NCBI GenBank assembly: GCA_958296135.2 | Contig: CATQHZ020000001.1 | Span: 1,088,001-1,152,000 of the forward strand | Reading direction: 5' to 3' | Origin: an uncultured Poribacteria bacterium | GTDB taxonomy: Bacteria > Poribacteria > WGA-4E > WGA-3G | Length of the DNA stretch: 64,000 nucleotides | In this document: positions 60,336-64,000 of the stretch, piece by piece | Numbering within the stretch: the stretch's first letter is position 1 | How the letters are laid out: every line of letters begins with the position of its first letter | Program-made: the position numbers and the translations under genes | Notes under the pieces: model-generated | Databases searched by the model: none | What the model was told of the DNA's origin: nothing | Seen by the model: the letters and a program-made list of their open reading frames with translations, nothing else

Positions 60336-61259
60336 ATGAGCCGACTGAGAGCCTATCTTGAACTCATCCGCTATCCGCTTTTTGCGATTCCGATAGTCGC
60401 GACGCTCCCCGGTGCGCTCATCGCGAGTCAGGGGCGATTGACGTGGCGCGTCGCGGCGGCCCTACTCATCGCGCTGTGCGGCTACTTCGCGGGGATGATA
60501 AAAAATGACTACTTCCACTGCGAGACAGACAGCCTTACGAATCCTGAACGTCCGCTTCCGTCAAACCGCCTAACGCCGCGGCAGGCACTTATCCCGGCGA
60601 GTGTTATCTACGGGCTCTGCGTTGTTGCAGGCTTCTGGCTGAACGTCAAAGCGGGATTTCTGGTGATAGGCTTAGTGGCGATTTCGCATCTCTATAACGC
60701 GATTTTCAAGGCGCGCGGCATCTTGGGCAGCCTCACATTGCCGGTGGGCATTGGGTTGCTGAGCGTTTTCGGTGCGTTGGTGGTGAGCGGTGCGGTGCCG
60801 CGGTTGGTGTGGTATGCCTTCGCTGCGACGACGCTTTACGATTTCGGCACGCACATCACCACCACGTTCAAAGATCTTTCGCGTGACGAGGCACTCGGCA
60901 TCACGACGACACCGCTCCAGATAGGTATCCGTCCGGCATTACTGCTCTCTGCGCTAGCAACAGTGCTCGCGTTTGCTATCGCGCTCCTCCCGTATTGGCT
61001 GGAGCCGTTGAGCCAGAAATCTTATGCGGTTTGGGTTGTTTTGGGTATCGTTGCGACAGTTGCGACACGGATCCCGCTCTACCTGCGGCCGAATGAGCAG
61101 AACGGCTATTTTGCGCTGAGGGGTTCGATGGTGGGCTCTATTCTGTTTTTTCCGTGCCTCATTGGCGCGCAAGTGCCTATTGTTGTTGCATCGGCGGTTA
61201 TCGTGCCGTTGCTATTGATAACGACGTTTTTGTTGAAGACGACGCGTCAAGAAGTCTAA
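60336..61259 (+). CDS. UbiA family prenyltransferase
   Basis: NDYFHCETD...PERPLPS, FKDLSRDEALGITT; multiple TM helices. Confidence 0.88.
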   Translation: MSRLRAYLELIRYPLFAIPIVATLPGALIASQGRLTWRVAAALLIALCGYFAGMIKNDYFHCETDSLTNPERPLPSNRLTPRQALIPASVIYGLCVVAGFWLNVKAGFLVIGLVAISHLYNAIFKARGILGSLTLPVGIGLLSVFGALVVSGAVPRLVWYAFAATTLYDFGTHITTTFKDLSRDEALGITTTPLQIGIRPALLLSALATVLAFAIALLPYWLEPLSQKSYAVWVVLGIVATVATRIPLYLRPNEQNGYFALRGSMVGSILFFPCLIGAQVPIVVASAVIVPLLLITTFLLKTTRQEV

Positions 61260-61315
61260 TTGTCAGGGGTGGCTGTCTCTATCCGCCCATCATAAGCCAA
61301 AGGAGACTGAACTAC

Positions 61316-62764
61316 ATGAAAAACATCGTCTTACTCATTACGGACACGTTCCGTTATGACAATCTCGGAGAGCGGGCGGCACGTCCTATTCGCACGCCGC
61401 AGCTCGATCGGTTTGAGGCGACACGCGCTACTGCCATCGATAAATTCTATATGAGCAGTTTCCCCACGGTGCCGCATCGCACGGATGTGGCGACAGGCAC
61501 AGTCGGGTGGCCCCATTACCCGTGGCAGCCGATCGATCAGAGCGGTCCGAACCATATTGCGCAGCTCTTGGGGGCGCGAGGTTATGCGACGCAGTTGATC
61601 TGTGATTGCCCGCATTTGTTCAACACGCGCTTCCAGCACGGGTTTGATGCCGCCTTCCAGCACCGCGGGCAAGAAGGCGATAAACCGCTCTTGCACCTCA
61701 ATGATCCGGTTCAAATCGTCATGCCGGATGAGAAGACACGTCCACATCCGTCGTTCAGAGGGCACACCTTGCCCAACACGCATCGATGGACAAACCGCTA
61801 TTATCAATATGAGGCGGAGACGTTTTCTGGTAGGACATCGGAGACGACGATTCGGTGGTTAGAGGAGAACTACAAATCAGGTCCGTTTTTTCTGTGGGTG
61901 GATTTCTTCGATCCGCATGAACCGTGGGATCCGCCGGAGTACATCGTCAGACGGTATGACCCGGGTTACACCGGTGCGCCGATGCTCCATCCGAATTATG
62001 GCAGAGCGGCATTGTATACGGAAGCGGAGTTGCACAACTTGTGGGCGCACTATGCGGGCGAAGCAGAGCTGGTAGACCGGCACATCGGCCGCATCCTTGA
62101 GAAGGTGACAGACCTGGGTTTGTGGGACGATACCCTCGTTGTCGTCATGTCGGACCACGGTATGTCCATCGGGGAGCATGGCCGGACGGGTAAATCCAAC
62201 ATCGATGCGGATGACTCGCGTTACTGGCCGACGTATCCGGAGATTAACCACGAGATGTTCCTCATCGCGGGTGGCGATGTGCCGCGCGGGCAACGCCGGG
62301 ACTTCATCGCGCAGCCGATGGATATTCTGCCGACACTCTGCGAATTGGCTGGCGTTACGGTAGAACCGCGCAAACCGTTTGAGGGACGTTCCTTCGCCGA
62401 GGGGCTCCTCAGTGGTGAGGGACAGCATCGGGAGTATGCGGTAACGGGCTGTCATATCGGTGCGCGGGATGGCACGGTACCGAGCCGTGCGACAACGCCG
62501 TTTCTCGTTACGGAACGGTGGGGTTACGCGCCGGTTGGTGCCGATGGCACGCCGGAGTTGTTCGATCTGCCTGTCGATGCATTAGCCGAGAATAACATTG
62601 CGGCGGATAACGTATCGCTTGTTGCGGAATTGCACGAGATGTTCATGGCGCATTTGGTAGAGCATAACGCGCCGGAACATTTCTTGGCACTCTGGCGGGA
62701 GCTGCCTTCCGGGGAGGGGCGTGGCACCTGGTCTGTCGATTATCCGAATAAATCTGAGGAGTAG
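61316..62764 (+). CDS. Sulfatase-like hydrolase (alkaline phosphatase superfamily)
   Basis: NIVLLITDTFR, TVPHR, FDPHEPW, SDHG; AAGGAG RBS. Confidence 0.9.
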   Translation: MKNIVLLITDTFRYDNLGERAARPIRTPQLDRFEATRATAIDKFYMSSFPTVPHRTDVATGTVGWPHYPWQPIDQSGPNHIAQLLGARGYATQLICDCPHLFNTRFQHGFDAAFQHRGQEGDKPLLHLNDPVQIVMPDEKTRPHPSFRGHTLPNTHRWTNRYYQYEAETFSGRTSETTIRWLEENYKSGPFFLWVDFFDPHEPWDPPEYIVRRYDPGYTGAPMLHPNYGRAALYTEAELHNLWAHYAGEAELVDRHIGRILEKVTDLGLWDDTLVVVMSDHGMSIGEHGRTGKSNIDADDSRYWPTYPEINHEMFLIAGGDVPRGQRRDFIAQPMDILPTLCELAGVTVEPRKPFEGRSFAEGLLSGEGQHREYAVTGCHIGARDGTVPSRATTPFLVTERWGYAPVGADGTPELFDLPVDALAENNIAADNVSLVAELHEMFMAHLVEHNAPEHFLALWRELPSGEGRGTWSVDYPNKSEE

Positions 62765-62769
62765 AGAAA

Positions 62770-63685
62770 GAAGCCGGGTTTCGTGGGGCCGACGGTAAAA
62801 AGGGCCCCTTAGTCCGTAGGGCGCGGTCCTGTGCTGCGCCATGCATCGGTAAAAAGGGCGCCTTAGTCCGTAGGGCGAGGGCCTGTGCTGCGCCGTGCTT
62901 CGGTAAAAAGGGCGCCTTAGTCCGTAGGGCGAGGGCCTGTCCCTCGCCATGCTGCGGTCTATCAATGAGGATTGCGAGGGATGGGTTCTTGCGCGATGGT
63001 GAAAGGGCCCCTTCGTCCGTAGGGCGCGGTCCTGTGCCGCGCCATGCTTCGGTTAAAAGGTGCCTTTCTTGTCGCGTGAACGATCGCGAGGGACAGGCCC
63101 TCGCGCTACGGTGAAAGGGGCCGTTTTGAGGGATCGAGCGATCGCGAGGGACAGGCCCTCGCGCTACGGTGAAAGGGGCCTCTTTCGCGCTACGATGAAA
63201 GGGGCCCTTAGTCCGTAGGGCGCGGTCCTGTGCCGCGCCATGCTGCGGTCAATTGAGGAAGATCGCGAGGGACAGGCCCTCGCGCTACGATGAAAGGGGC
63301 CGTTTTGAGGGATCGAGAGATCGCGAGGGACAGTGGACATCTCTGCAGCGAGGCGGCAGAGATGACAAAGTTTCGGCGTGACGGCCCTCGCGCGACGGTA
63401 GAAGGGGCCCTTCTTGTGGTCCGAGGGATCGCGAGGGACAGTGGACATCTCTGCAGCGAGGCGGCAGAGATGACAAAGTTTCGGCGTGACGGCCCTCGCG
63501 CGACGGTAGAAGGGGGGCCCTTCTTGTGGTTCGAGAGATCGCGAGGGACAGTGGACATCTCTGCAGCGAGGCGGCAGAGATGACAAAGTTTCGGCGTGAC
63601 GGCCCTCGCGCTACGGTAGAAGGGGGCCCTTCTTGTGGTTCGAGAGATCGCGAGGGGCACCCTCGGCGATTCGCGCTACGGTTAT
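62770..63685. repeat. ~0.9-kb composite REP array
   Basis: TTAGTCCGTAGGGCG units, GATCGCGAGGGACAGGCCCTCGCGCTAC units and three ~110-bp units with CAGTGGACATCTCTGCAGCGAGGC (also seen near 56600). Confidence 0.9.
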
Positions 63686-63695
63686 AAAGGGACCG

Positions 63696-64000
63696 TCAGT
63701 TAAAATGTGCCTTAGTCCGTATCTGATTCCGAAACAACTTCTGCAACGCCTTCGCGATGACATGCTCTTCCCCTTCGTTGAGGGTGTAGGCATTCATCAC
63801 CAGCGTCTCTTTGCCGTGTGTGTTGAGTTTGATGCGCGGCGTGCTGGCATCTAATTCATTCGCTATTTGCGCTGCATCCTTGCCGATGCGCGCCGCATCA
63901 AATGTGACATGCAGGTTGGACAGCGTATGACTCATCTTTTGGTGATGCACTTCACACGACACACCAGGGATGTTCTCAATGCCCCGTGTGAGCGCGGCGT
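63696..64000 (-). CDS. C-terminal part of a SelA-related/DgaE-like PLP enzyme (5' truncated by window)
   Basis: IENIPGV...AAQIANEL..STPRI...MNAYTLNEGEEHVIAKALQKLF resembles SelA-like C-termini. Confidence 0.55.
   Translation of the reverse strand, partial: AALTRGIENIPGVSCEVHHQKMSHTLSNLHVTFDAARIGKDAAQIANELDASTPRIKLNTHGKETLVMNAYTLNEGEEHVIAKALQKLFRNQIRTKAHFN

Noticed and set aside
63696-64000. True selA supporting Sec decoding
   Set aside because: Only the C-terminus is visible and it fits the SelA-related/DgaE-like family at least as well; not usable as proof of Sec machinery.

Overview
Bacterial genomic window, inferred to come from Candidatus Poribacteria (a marine sponge symbiont). The inference rests on LDL-receptor/dockerin, TPR and ASPIC-UnbV proteins, PhyH, a sulfatase-like enzyme, a microcompartment vertex gene and an 'LATTWG' C-terminal motif remnant. 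Housekeeping content: ffh-rpsP-khpA-trmD-rplS-rnhB, and a cysK-cysH-sulfur carrier-JAMM-NIL cluster. Accessory content: a type ISP-like R-M gene lacking the helicase, a solo IS607-type tnpB, a TIR-TPR protein, a toxin-antitoxin pair, four tandem ABC-2 permease paralogues, and an Mrp/radical-SAM cluster with three PCP_red-domain proteins. GTAG-type REP palindromes are abundant. Top finding: the ORFs at 33327-34145 and 34161-34856 are one reading frame interrupted by a single in-frame TGA in the context WGPLDDESC-U-ANGKNLR. It matches animal selenoprotein N (WGALDDQSC-U-GSGRTLR) and is followed by a bacterial-type SECIS hairpin, so it is a probable bacterial SelN selenoprotein. Other notable items: REP elements inserted in frame inside proteins, a predicted TnpB guide duplicated at a neighbouring start codon, a pseudoknot-capable tnpB leader and a Thr-type sulfatase motif. 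All family calls are by motif recognition from memory; no database search was run.
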